Part shown: piece after piece, positions 13,580 to 24,645 of the stretch
Numbering within the stretch: position 1 is the first letter of the stretch
Layout of the letters: each line of letters starts with the position of its first letter
Assembly (NCBI RefSeq): GCF_963921235.1
Contig: NC_086109.1
Coordinates: 8,186,001-8,250,000, forward strand
Source: Mobula hypostoma
Lineage: Eukaryota
Direction: 5' to 3'
Length of the DNA: 64,000 nt
Notes under the pieces: generated by a model
Told to the model about the DNA's origin: nothing
What the model saw: the letters and a program-made list of their open reading frames with translations, nothing else
The model's database searches: none
Made by a program: the position numbers and the translations under genes

Positions 13580-14225
13580 TCCATTGGCATCAATGGATCT
13601 GGAGTTGAGAGGGTAAACAGCTTCAAGTTCCTCAGCATCCACATCACCGAGGGCCTCACGTGGTCTGTACATACTGGCTGTGTGGTGAAAAAGGCACACA
13701 GCGTCTCTTTCACCTCAGATGGTTGAGGAAGTTTGGTATGGGCCCCCAAATCCTAAGAACTTTCTCCAGGGGCACAATTGACAGCATCCTGACTGGCTGC
13801 AACACTGCCTGGTATGGGAACTGTACCTCCCTTAATCACAGGACTCTGCAGAGAGTGGTGCAGACAGCCCAGCGCATCTGTAGATGGGAACTTCCCATGA
13901 TTCAGGTCATTTACAAGGACAGGTGTATAAAAAGAGCCCGTAGGATCATTGGGGACCTGAGTCATCCCAACCACAATCTATTCCAGCTGCTACCATCTGG
14001 GAAATGGTACTGCAGCATAAAAGCCAGGACCAACAGTCTCCGGGACAGCTTCTTCCACCAGGCCATCAGAATGATGAACTCACGCTGATTTGAGTGTATT
14101 CTATGTTACATTGTCTGTTCTAATTATTATAAATTACTATGATTGCACATTTAGGTGGAGACATGACATAAAGATTTTTACTCATGTATGTGAAGGATGT
14201 GAAGGAAATAAAGTCAATTCAATAC
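13580..14225 (+). mobile_element. Rex1/Babar-type LINE 3' fragment
   Basis: ORF 13660-14088 QRLFHLRWLRKFG..IDSILTGCNTAWYGNC..LQRVVQTAQRI..HNLFQLLPSG..SFFHQAIR, followed by an aataaa and short-repeat tail. Confidence 0.85.
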
Positions 14226-14297
14226 AACCATCAGGCTACTTAACCAGTGTGGATAACTTCACTCACCTCAACTCTGTACTGATTTCACAGCCTACAG

Positions 14298-14377
14298 CAG
14301 GGGTTCCCAACCTTTTTTATGCCATGGAGTCTTACCATTAACCGAGGAGTCCACGGACCCCAGGTTGGGAACTCCTG
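14298..14377. mobile_element. hAT (Charlie-like) MITE with 8-bp TSD
   Basis: TIR caggggttcccaacc / ggttgggaactcctg; TSD gcctacag / acctacag. Confidence 0.85.
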
Positions 14378-14801
14378 ACCTACAGGCTCACTTTTGACGA
14401 CTTTGCAACTCGTGTCCTCGATATCATTTATTCTTATTTGCATAGTCTGTCTTCTTCACAACAGTTGTTTGTCAGTCTTTGTTCATGTATAGATTTTCAT
14501 AAGTTCTATTGTAACGTGGGACTCCACAGTAGCGTAGTGGTTAGCGTGGTGCTGTTACAGCTTTGGGCATCGAAGTTGGGAGTTCAGTTCTGTTCTCTGA
14601 AAGAAAGTTTGCACATTCTTCCCGTGTGCGAGCGGGTTTACTTTGGGTGCTCCAGTTTCGTCCCGCAGTCAAAGATGTGCGGGTTAGTAGGCTAATTGGT
14701 CAATATATATTGTCCTGCGATTAGGCTAGGGTTAAATAGGTGGGGTGCTGGGCAATGCGGCTCGTTGAAGCGGAAAGGTTTGTTCCACACTGTATCTAAA
14801 T

Positions 14802-14881
14802 CAGGAGTTCCAAACCTGGGGTCCACAGACCCCTCAGTTAATGTTGGGGGACATGGCATAACAAAGATTGGGAAACCCGTG
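14802..14881. mobile_element. hAT (Charlie-like) MITE with 8-bp TSD, inserted in a SINE tail
   Basis: caggagttccaaacc ... ttgggaaacccgtg; TSD atctaaat / ctctaaat. Confidence 0.75.
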
Positions 14882-15914
14882 CTCTAAATAAATTAAATGA
14901 ATCTCAAGGTCGTGTATGGTAACATATACATATGTTGACAATCAATTTGCTATCACTTTGACTTTGAGAATCCTGCTTGTCAATCTGAGGGACATCGGGA
15001 TGGGGGTCGTTGACTTTGCGTTGACTATAAGTTCAGAGCATCAATTTTATAGTCAGGATGAATGGCTGCCTTGAGCATCGTAGTGTGCAGTCATGCCATT
15101 TATACAGAATTGAAGCCCCCTTTCCCAGACAGAGATGTTTCCACTGCTCACTCGTATTGACGTCCTGTTGGTTGATACAGAGCCAAAAGGTATTGATGTT
15201 GGATAGAACCTTGGTAATGCAAAAGCCGGCTGCATTGATTAAATGAGAGTAGGCTGCAGTGGAAATGCAACTGGCCAAACAAACAGATTGCAGTGTCTCC
15301 TTTTTGAGGATCTCTTTACCTGTTGAGTTCCAAAATAGCCTCTCCGTAGCTAGAACTTAGAACGTAGAAAATTGCAGCCCTTGTGCCAACCTTTTAGCCT
15401 ACTCTAGGATTAATCTAACCCTTCCCTCCCATATAGTTATGTTTTGTAACTCCAGAAACTAATCAAAAGCCTGGGATACGTGTGCACTTCATTTCTTCAG
15501 TGAGGCGCACACATAATAATGCAGTTGCATAATGATGTAAGCAATTCACATACTTCTTACATATAACCCATGATGAATTATGTAAACAACAGATGTTTAA
15601 TCAATGTATTTACAATATTACTCAAATATTACTGTAATATTAAATACACCACAGTAGACCCTCCATTTTTCTATCATCCATGTGTGTATCTAAGAGTTTC
15701 TTAAATGCCCCTAATCGATCTGCCTCCACTGCCATCCCTGGCAGTGCATTTCATGCACCCTACTACTACCTACTAACCTCTGACATCTCCCCTGTACTTT
15801 CCTCCAATCGTCTTAAAATCATGCCTCCTCCTATTAGCTATTTCCGTTCTGGGAGAAGTTCACTGTCTGTCCACTCAGTCTGCGCCTCGATAACCTCCCA
15901 GTTAGCTTCCAGTT

Positions 15915-16797
15915 TAAGATGGTGCTGGTGGTGCATGGCGATGTCTTACTGGTAGCAAACAAACCTACTATTTTCTCTATTAATCACAGTCTTTCTGGAC
16001 AATGATCACTGCAATCAATAGCCTGTAACTTCCATTTCAGATTTGTGCTTTTCAACCGCCTGTATGAACTGGCATTTCTGCGGTGTGAACTGGAGTCTCT
16101 AGGTTGTGGTGTGGCAGGTACAGGCCAAATCAAGGCAACAGGGCCTGGGCCCAAGGATGAGAGAACAAACCAATGTTTGGCTAACTTAAATACTGGGCCA
16201 TTTTGAAAAGGTTGAGTACAGGCCAAATTCAGGCAGCAGAACCCGGGTCAGAGAGGGAGGAGCGAGCTGATATTTGGCCAATTTAAATGCCAGGCCAGAT
16301 TGAAAAGGTCGGGTACAGGCTAAATTCAGGCAGCAGAGCCCAGGCCTGAGAGCGAGGAGCAAGCCAATGTTGGATCATTGCTGGAGCAGAGGTGACAGGA
16401 CCCCAGGCCAAGAGCGAGGAACAAGCCAATGTTTGGCTGATTTTAGCACCGGGCCGGATTGAAAAGGTCGGAATGTCAGGAATGGAGGCAAGGGATGGGT
16501 CGATGTTCAGCTCACTGTGAGGTTTACCCGTCTCTGCGCTGAACTGGGGCTGTGGCCTGCAAACTAACGGACTCCTGAATCAGCTGTGGTAATGAACTGT
16601 GTTCGTGGCTGTGGACTCACTTTGGTGAACTTTAGTTCTGAATGTTATCTGTTTAGTTTTTATTGTTTGCGCGTTAGGTGTTTGACATTCTTTTTTTAAT
16701 GGTTTATTTTGTGTTTCTTTGTTTTGTGGCTGCATGAAAGAAGATGAATCTCATGGTTGTATATACTGTGATAATAAATGGACTTTGAACTTTGAAC
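15915..16797 (+). mobile_element. Non-coding retroposon with an internal ~98-bp tandem array and (tttgaac)n tail
   Basis: Interrupts a CR1 fragment. Units start at 16118, 16216 and 16313 (gtacaggc). Ends aataaatggactttgaactttgaac. Confidence 0.6.
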
Positions 16798-16952
16798 CTC
16801 CCAAAGTTTTATTCAGCATGCCTCTTACCATCTTGTACACCTCTATCAAATCACTTGCTCACCCTCCTTCACTCCAAAGAGAAAAGCCCTAGCTCTCTCA
16901 ACCTGTCCTCATAAGACTTGCTTTCTAACCCAGGCAGCAACCCTAGTAAATC

Positions 16953-17112
16953 ATAAACCCAAGAGATTCTGCAGATGCTGGAAATCCAGAGGAACACACA
17001 AAATGCTTTCCAGTCCTGATGAAGGGTCTCGACCCAAAAAGTCAACAGTTCATTCATTTCCATAAAAGCTGCCTGACCTGCTGAGTCCCTCCAGCATTTT
17101 TTTTTTGCGTCG
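16953..17112. mobile_element. Penelope-derived insertion with internal inversion, degenerate hammerhead and 13-bp TSD
   Basis: TSD accctagtaaatc (16940-16952) / accctggtaaatc (17113-17125); contains ctgatgaagggtctcgacccaaaaagtc. Confidence 0.75.
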
Positions 17113-17668
17113 ACCCTGGTAAATCTCCTCTGCACACTCTCCAAGACGTACACATCTTTCCTATAATGAGACAACCAGAACTGGAAGTTTAACCGATTGG
17201 ATGGAAAATATTAAAATTCAGGCTTGGAAATATTTGGACTGCAGTAGAAACAACAATATTGTTCAAATGCAGTGGGATTTACTGAGAGTTGGATAAAATT
17301 CTCCAGATCATTCCACAGAAGTTTTTCACGAATTAAAAGCATATGTCAAAAATACTTCTGCTGCTTAGGTTCTGACTTTGTAGGTCACAGTTCAAAGGAT
17401 GCTTTTCCCTCTGTACCTTAATATACAATGTATATATTATGGACCCCGATCACCCCAGCCATGCCTTGTTCTCGTTGCTACCATCAGGAAGGAGGCACAC
17501 ACTTAACAATTCAGAAACATCTTCTTCCCCTCTGCCACCTGATTTCTGAATGGACATTGAACCCCTGAACACTACCTCTCTACTTCTTTATTTCTATTTT
17601 TGCACAATTTATTTTATTTAATTATTTAAACAAATAAATAAATGTATTTATTTATCTTTATTTATTTA

Positions 17669-17866
17669 GTTCGTTTGCTTAGTCGAGTCCAACTCTCCGT
17701 GACCTCATGAATCATAGGGTCCATTGAGTTTTCATGGCAAGTAGATTGCCAGGCCTTTTTTTCACACAGGTACTGCTGCTGCCCAGGTTGGGCCCCGGCT
17801 GGGTTTGAACTCAGGACCATCTGCTTTGAAGTCCGGTGCTGATACCACTACACCACCAGCCGGCCC
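17669..17866 (-). mobile_element. tRNA-derived SINE with RTE/BovB-type 3' tail
   Basis: Minus strand shows A box tggtgtagtgg, B box gagttcaaacc and tail ggtcacggagagttggactcgact. Confidence 0.75.
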
Positions 17867-19470
17867 ATATACTTACTGTGATTCACGGATTTTTTTCTCT
17901 CTATTGTTATGCACTGCATTGTACCGCTGCCGCAAACTCAACAGATCTCATGGCATATGCTGGTGATGTTAAACCTGATTCTGATTCTGAATTTCAAACA
18001 ATGCTAGTAATTTTTATTTTTTTTAAATTGAGATGCAACAGGGAATGGGCCCTTTCAGCCCTACGAACCACATGGCCCAGCAACCCCCCCCCCCCAGTTT
18101 AATCCTAGCCTAATCAATTTATAACGACCAATTAACCTTTGGACTGTGGGATGAAACCCAAGTGGTCATCGGGAGAACATACAAACTCCTTACAAGAATT
18201 AAACCCTGGTCACCTGTACTGTAAAGCGTTATGCTAACCACTACGCTACCATGCCACGTAATCTATCGCCATTGACTTGCCCTCTCCAAAGAGTCAAAGT
18301 TCTTCTAGCGGGGCGACCAGAACTGCATGCAATACTCTAGATGTGGCCTAACCGGAGTCTTGTAAAGTTGCAACATAATCTCTTGACTTTTGAGGAACAG
18401 CTTCTTCCCCTCTGCCATCCAATTCCTGAATGGACTTTGAAGCTTTGGACACCACCTCACTTTTTCTAATATGCAGTATTACTGTTTTTGCACATTTTTA
18501 AATAACCTATTCAATATACATAATTGATTACTTGTTTATTTATTATTATGTTTTATTTTATTTTTTTTTCTCTCTCTGCTAGTTTATGTATTACATTGAA
18601 CTGCTGCTGTTAAATTAACAAATTTCACATCACATCCCGGTGATAATAAACCTGATTCTGATTCATTGCCTTGACTAATAAAAGCAAGCATTCCATAAGC
18701 CTTCATAACGACCTGTGTGGCCACTTCCGTGATCCCAAGATCTCTCTGCTCAGCAACACTGTTAAGATCAGATCCTCTCCCCAGCCTCAACGTTTAATGT
18801 CATTTAGTTTCTGCCAGCAGGGGGACGCCATGGAGGACATGTTATGTTGCCAACACTTGTGGGCTGCCCCCAGCACATCCTTGGCTGTGTTGGTTGTTCA
18901 CGCAAGCGGCGCAGTTTACTGTATGCTTTGATGTACACGTGATGAGTAAACCTGCATCTGACCTTGAATATAAATAAGGTAAATGCAAGCAGGCTTTCTC
19001 CACCGAGGTTGCGTGAGACCAGAGATCGAGGTCATGGGTTAAGGGTGGATGGTGAAATGTTTAAAGGGAACCTGAGCTGAAGGGAAACAACTGTACTCAG
19101 AGGCTGATGCAAGAGTGGAACGAGCTGCCAGCGGAAATGGTGTATGCGAGTTTGATTGCAACGTGGATAAGTCAGTGGATGGGAGGGTTATGATCCACGT
19201 GGAAGTCGATGGGACTAGGCAAAAATAACAGTTCAGCACCGATTAGATGGGCTGAAAAGCCTGCTTCTGTGCTGAGGTACTCTGACTTTTCATCTCAAAG
19301 GCTTTCCGATTGATAATCTGCAGAAAACGGTGACGTTTGATGCGGGGGGCACTACACCATGGCGACCAGCAATCGCAATAGTTGATGGCATCACTCTAAA
19401 CTTTGCCTCAAAAATATAGGTAACCCTGCACCATGGAAGTCAAAGTAAAATTTATTATCAGAGTATGTAT

Positions 19471-20033
19471 CTCGAGGCCCCTCCACTGGTCTTGGTCAAC
19501 CGTGGATGATGTGTCCTAGCTGTCAACGCTGCTGCCGTCAGTCAGTACACAAGCCAGGGCGGTACGATATGGAGGGCGAGCAGTTACCCATGCCGCAGAC
19601 TCCCCCGTCCATGAAGCTGATGAATCTAGAGAGCCAGCAGGAACCGATACCGTTTGGTACCAGCAGTGTGGCAGGTATTGCCTGCCAGTGTCGAACTCAA
19701 CGTGGGACTACCCTATGGACTGCAGCTCTGGATTTTCCCTCAGGGTTTACTCCCAAAGCCTTCCCCATGAATTGGTATAGCCGCAAGGCAGCAGAGCTCT
19801 AAGATCAAAGGTTTCGTTCCCTTAGTCACGGCTGACGAGCTCTGTCTGTGCCGAACGGCACCAGTGACCCACCTTTACCCCTTCTCATGTCAGTAGAGAC
19901 AGTTCCGCCGGGCTTAGTAGCTAAGCCACACATGAAGGCCAGGAGCTGGACTTGGTTGTCAGAGGCTATTTGAGATGATTTAATAATAGTGGGAGTTTAT
20001 CCCCACTATCTCCCCGGCCAGGACAACCTTAAG
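19471..20033 (-). mobile_element. Non-autonomous element, probably RTE-derived (further copies at 33800-34280 and 10508-10612)
   Basis: Long similarity between copies. The 3' end encodes VDQDQWRGL, resembling the RTE ORF C-terminal DR..WR motif. Confidence 0.6.
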
Positions 20034-20257
20034 TTACCATATACAACCTCGAAGGCTTGCTGTAGTTCTCTATGACTCTGACTATGTGTAGGGCACCAGC
20101 CCCCTCAAGCCTGCCCTGCCCTTCAAAGTAATCACAATCCTGGGGACTTCCATCAAGTCAGCCAAGTGTTGGTTTAGGGAATTGTTTAATATGGAAGCAC
20201 CTGTCATTGCTGGGATCCACCACTGGATTCCTCTTGAACGTTCTTAATAAAGAATGG

Positions 20258-20540
20258 GGGTGGCACGGTAGTGTAGTGGTTAGCACGACGCTTTACAGTA
20301 CAGGCGACCCGGGTTCAATTCCCGCCACTGCCTGCAAGGAGTTTGTGCGCGCTCCCCCTGACAACGTGGGTTTCCTCCGGGTGCTCTGGTTTCCTCCCAC
20401 AGTCCAAACACATACCGGTTGGTAGGTTAATTGGTCATTGTAAGTTGTCCCATGATTAGGCTAGGGTTAAATCAGGGGATTGCTGGGCAGCGCGAGTCAA
20501 ACAGCCTACTCTGCGCTGTATCTCAATCAATCAATCAATA
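20258..20540 (+). mobile_element. tRNA-derived V-SINE (HE1-like), best-preserved copy of more than ten in the window
   Basis: A box tagtgtagtgg, B box gggttcaattccc, V-domain core gtgggtttcctccgggtgctctggtttcctcccacagtccaaa, (caat)n tail. Other copies near 8000, 10700, 12450, 14600, 18150, 39850, 42200, 46850, 55300, 56650 and 59380. Confidence 0.85.
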
Positions 20541-21479
20541 AAATCCATACTACGTTTTACCCTTCTCCTTCCGGAATATGAACTAGATGAAAGCACAGAT
20601 GAGATCACTTTTAAAATAAAATAACAAGCAGGCAAGACGTGAGCTGTCCTGCTGGTCTGAATGATGTTGTTCTTTCTTCCATCGTTCATGTTCACCAGCC
20701 CAACATATTCATGGGCTGCCGCTGTGATAATCATGCAGCCGCTGCTCCCCCCAGTGAATATCCCTCGTGTGTCTGAGCTTTCTCTTGAGATTTGTGATGC
20801 ACGCAGTTCCGTTTTCCTATATCTATCTGGGCAGTTTAGTTTTGGAAAAAGCATCATGAGGCACTGTTATTGAATTAACGCGCAGATAAATATGTCACTC
20901 AGGCTGGGAATGGTCTTTATACTTCAACATTTAATCTTTATATTGGGAATAATTTCTAATTGTAATGCATCAAATTCGAGCTTGTAACTGCGGAGAGTTG
21001 TGGACGTAGGTCAGCACGTGACGGAAACCATCCTCCCCTCCAAGGACTCTGTCTACATTTCCCACTGCTTCGGGAAAGCAGCCAGCATATTCAAAGACCC
21101 TCCCCCCACCCCCACTCACCCTGCACGTTCTCTCTCCTCCCCTCTCCCATCATGCAGAAAGTACAAAAGCCTGAAAGCAGGCTCAAGGGCAGCTTCTGTC
21201 CCACTGTGTGTGTTGCTCTGGATTTCCAGCGTCTGCAGACTTTCTCGTGTTTATGCCTTTTCAAGGTGTCCTTGATGGTGGGGAAGGTTGCACCGGTGAT
21301 GTAGCCGGTTGAGTCTGCAACCCTCTGCTCCCTTTTTCGATCCTGCACATTGGAGACTCCACCCCAGGTGATGATGCAGCCAGTCGGAATGCTCTCCGCT
21401 GTGTACCTGTGGAAATTTGTAAAAATCGTTGGTGGCGTACCCAAATCCTTTCAAAGAGATGATGAAGTCAAGCTTGCAA

Positions 21480-21827
21480 ACATGAGAAAGTCTGCAGATC
21501 TGGAAATTCAAGCAACACACACACACACACACAAAATGCTGGTGGAACGCAGCAGGCCAGGCAGCATCTATAGGAGGAAGTACAGTCGACGTTTTGGGTC
21601 GAGACCCTTCGTCAGGACTAACTGAAAAAAGAGATCGTAAGAGATTTGAAACCCCCTCCAGTCTTCTCCTACCATTTTGGGTCTCCCCCCTCCCCCTCCC
21701 CCTCCCACTTTCAAATCTCTTACTATCTGTTTTTTCCGTTAGTCCTGACGAAGGGTCTCGACCCGAAACATCGACTGTACCTCTTCCTATAGATGCTGCC
21801 TGGCCTGCTGCGTTCACCGGCATTTTG
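21480..21827. mobile_element. Fold-back Penelope terminal-repeat insertion
   Basis: About 21531-21650 is the reverse complement of about 21708-21827. Confidence 0.85.
21741..21776 (+). ncRNA. Minimal type-I hammerhead ribozyme motif (PLE-associated), intact core
   Basis: agtc CTGACGA a gggt-ctcg-accc GAAAC ATC gact. Helix I agtc/gact, perfect helix II, predicted cut after 21772. Confidence 0.75.
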
Positions 21828-22122
21828 AATGAAGCTGAGCTGCTGGCGTGCCTGCTTCGTGATGGAATGGCAGTGTAGCCTTAAAGAATCAGATCAGGGT
21901 CCAGTTCCTGCCGCTGTCTGTCTGAATTTTGCACACTCTCCCCAAGACCGTGTGTCTCCAGGGGGCTCCACACTCCAAAGATGTACGGGTTAGAGTTAGC
22001 AAGTTGTGGGTGTCCCATGTTGGTGTCAACACTCTGCAGGATGCCCCCCCCCCCCCCAGCACATCCTCAGGCTGTGCTGGTCATTAAGGAAAATGATGCA
22101 TTTCACTGTATGTTTTGATCGA

Positions 22123-22611
22123 CAGTACCGTGCAAAAGTCTTAGATAGATGAATATAGCTAGGGTGCTTAAGACTTTTGCACTGTACTGCAGTAATTTTA
22201 TATATTGCACTGTACTGCTACCCCCAAAGAAAGACAACTTTCATGACGTGAGTGATGATAAACCTGATTCTGATCTGGGTCTCTATTGTAGACTGAGAGT
22301 GGGAAGGGGGCTGGGAGAGGGGAATCATGGTTGGGAAAAGGGGAAAGGAGAGGGGAGGGAGTGGGAAGCCCCAGAGAGACATTCTGTAGTGATCAATAAA
22401 CCAGTTGTTTTATTATCAAATAACCTGGCCTGGTGTCTCAGGGCTGGGTGAGTCTGCACCTGCGCCACTCTCTGCCCTTGACACTCCTCCTCCGGCACCT
22501 GTCTCACACCCTACACCCCTCCCACAGCGCTCCATCCTCACTATTCCCAACATCCCTTCCTCTCACCGGATTTACTCACTCATCACCCCAGATTAACAAA
22601 TACAGTACTGT
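22123..22611 (+). mobile_element. Composite element bounded by Tc1-type mini-MITE termini
   Basis: 67-bp hairpin at 22123-22189 (cagtaccgtgcaaaagtctta / taagacttttgcactgtactg), then a body shared with 58840-59120, then the start of a second TIR. Confidence 0.65.
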
Positions 22612-23420
22612 TCCCATCTGTCCACCACCCACACACCCCTCCCACTGGGTCCCCCCCCCACTCTTCCCATCTGTCCATCACCCACACACCCCTCCCACTG
22701 GGTCCCCTCCCCCCACTGTTCCCATCTGTCCACCACCCACACACCCCTCCCACTGGGTCCCCTCCCCCCCACTCTTCCCATCTGTCCATCACCCACACAC
22801 CCCTCCCACTGGGTCCCCTCCCCCCCCACTCTTCCCATCTGTCCGTCACCCACACACCCCTCCCACTGGGTCCCCTCCCCCCACTGTTCCCATCTGTCCA
22901 TCACCCACACACCCCTCCCACTGGGTCCCCTCCCCCCACTGTTCCCATCTGTCCATCACCCACACACTCCTCCCACTGGGTCCCCTCCCCCCACTCTTCC
23001 CATCTGTCTGTCACCCACACACCCCTCCCACTGGGTCCCCTCCCCCCACTCTTCCCATCTGTCCGTCGCCCACATACCCCTCCCACTGGGTCCCCTCCCC
23101 CCACTCTTTCCATCTGTCCGTCACCCACACACCCCTCCCACCTGTCCATCACCCACACACTCCTCCCACTGGATCCCCTCCCCCCACTCTTCCCATCCGT
23201 CCATCACCCACACACCCCTCCCACTGGGTCCTCTCCCCCCACTGTTCCCATCTGTCCATCACCCACACACCCCTCCCACTGGGTCCTCTCCCCCCACTGT
23301 TCCCATCTGTCCGTCACCCACACACTCCTCCCACTGGGTCCCCTCCCCCCACTTTTCCCATCTGTCCGTCACCCACACACTCCTCCCACTGGGTCCCCTC
23401 CCCCCAGTTTTCCCATCTGC
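22608..23420. repeat. Minisatellite with ~55-bp unit, about 14-15 copies
   Basis: Unit ctgttcccatctgtccatcacccacacacccctcccactgggtcccctcccccca. It explains the 411-aa repetitive ORF. Confidence 0.95.
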
Positions 23421-23999
23421 CCTCCCCACCTCCCTTATTTGATTCCATGCTCCACCTTCCTCTCCAATCAGATCTCACTATCTGCAGCCCCTTGTCACCT
23501 CCACCATCACCTCCCAGCCTCTGTCACCATTCCCACTCTTCCCTCTTCCATCTGCCTTTTACCCATCCTCATCTGGATCCGGCCATCACCTCCCAGCTCT
23601 TGCTCCACACCTTACCCTCAACACTTTATTCTGGTTCTCTTGTCTCTCTTTGCCAGATGCAACATTGACCATTCATTGACCTTCCACAGATGCTGCCTGA
23701 CCCACTGAGTTCCTCCAGCAGTTTGTTTTTGATTTATATCTGCGCTCTCTAGTTTTAGCTAGACATAGAAGCATGAAAAATTCTTCCTATTTTCCCCATC
23801 GCTTGCTATACGCTGGCTCTCACCTTTGTATCTGTCAGTTCAGATGAACCATTGCAGCTTGAAACACAGACTCTCCATTTCCCTCCACAGGCGCTGCCTG
23901 ACCTGCTGAGTTCTTCCAGCAATCTGTGTGACATGTCAAAGTAAATTTATTATCAAAATATGTACATGTCACCACATACTGCCTTGAGATGCATTTTCT

Positions 24000-24645
24000 T
24001 GCAGGCATTACAGGTTTCTAACGAGATACAGTCGTTACGAAAACTATACATAAAGGCTTAATGTGCAAAAGAAGAGAAATTGTGCATATAAATAATAATA
24101 CTGAGAGTATGAGTTGTAGAGTGATTGAAAGTGAATTTGTAGCTTGTGATTGACCCTCGTTCAGGAGCCTGATGGTTGAAGGGTAATAATTGTTCCTGAA
24201 CCTGGTGGTGTGGGAGCTAGGGCTCTTGCACCTCCTGCCCAATGGTGGTAGCAAGAAAAGATCATGGCCTGGATGGTCCTTGATGGATGCTGCCTTCTTG
24301 TTTTCTGGAAAATTAGCTTGTGGCACCACACCATGTAAATGTGCTCCGTGGTGGTAAGGGTTTTGCTGTGATGGACCGGGCTGATCCATCACTTCCTGTG
24401 GACTTTTGCGTCCCTGGGCATTGGCGTTTCCATCGCAGGCTGTGATGCAGCTAGCCAGAGTACTCTCCACTGTGCATCTGTCAAAGTTAGTCTAAGTTTT
24501 AGGTCAAATGCCAAATCTTTGTAAACAACTTCTGAGAAGGTAGAGGTGCTGTTGTGCCTTTTTTGTGATGGCCCTTCGGTGCTGGTCCTGGGACAGATCT
24601 TCTGATATGGTAATACCAAAGAATTTAAAGAAGTTACTGACCCTG
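24000..24645 (-). mobile_element. Rex1/Babar-type LINE 3' fragment
   Basis: ORF 24018-24470 ESTLASCITA..HPGHDLFLLPPLGRR..TTRFRNNYYPSTIRLLN. Confidence 0.75.

Noticed and set aside
19900..19945. Twister or CPEB3-like ribozyme suggested by AAGCCCGG here and UUCACGU in the 34250 copy
   Set aside because: The required partner strands are missing, and a competing perfect hairpin explains the segment.
20258..20335. tRNA gene (also 46971-47040 and 17795-17866)
   Set aside because: A and B boxes are present, but the sequences continue into SINE bodies and I could not form a complete cloverleaf.
22608..23420. CRISPR-like array (also considered for 16118-16470 and 62639-62856)
   Set aside because: Units are contiguous with no unique spacers, there are no cas genes, and the context is a vertebrate intron.
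22433..23668. 411-aa Pro/His-rich ORF
   Set aside because: It is the translation of the 55-bp minisatellite, with no splice or homology support.
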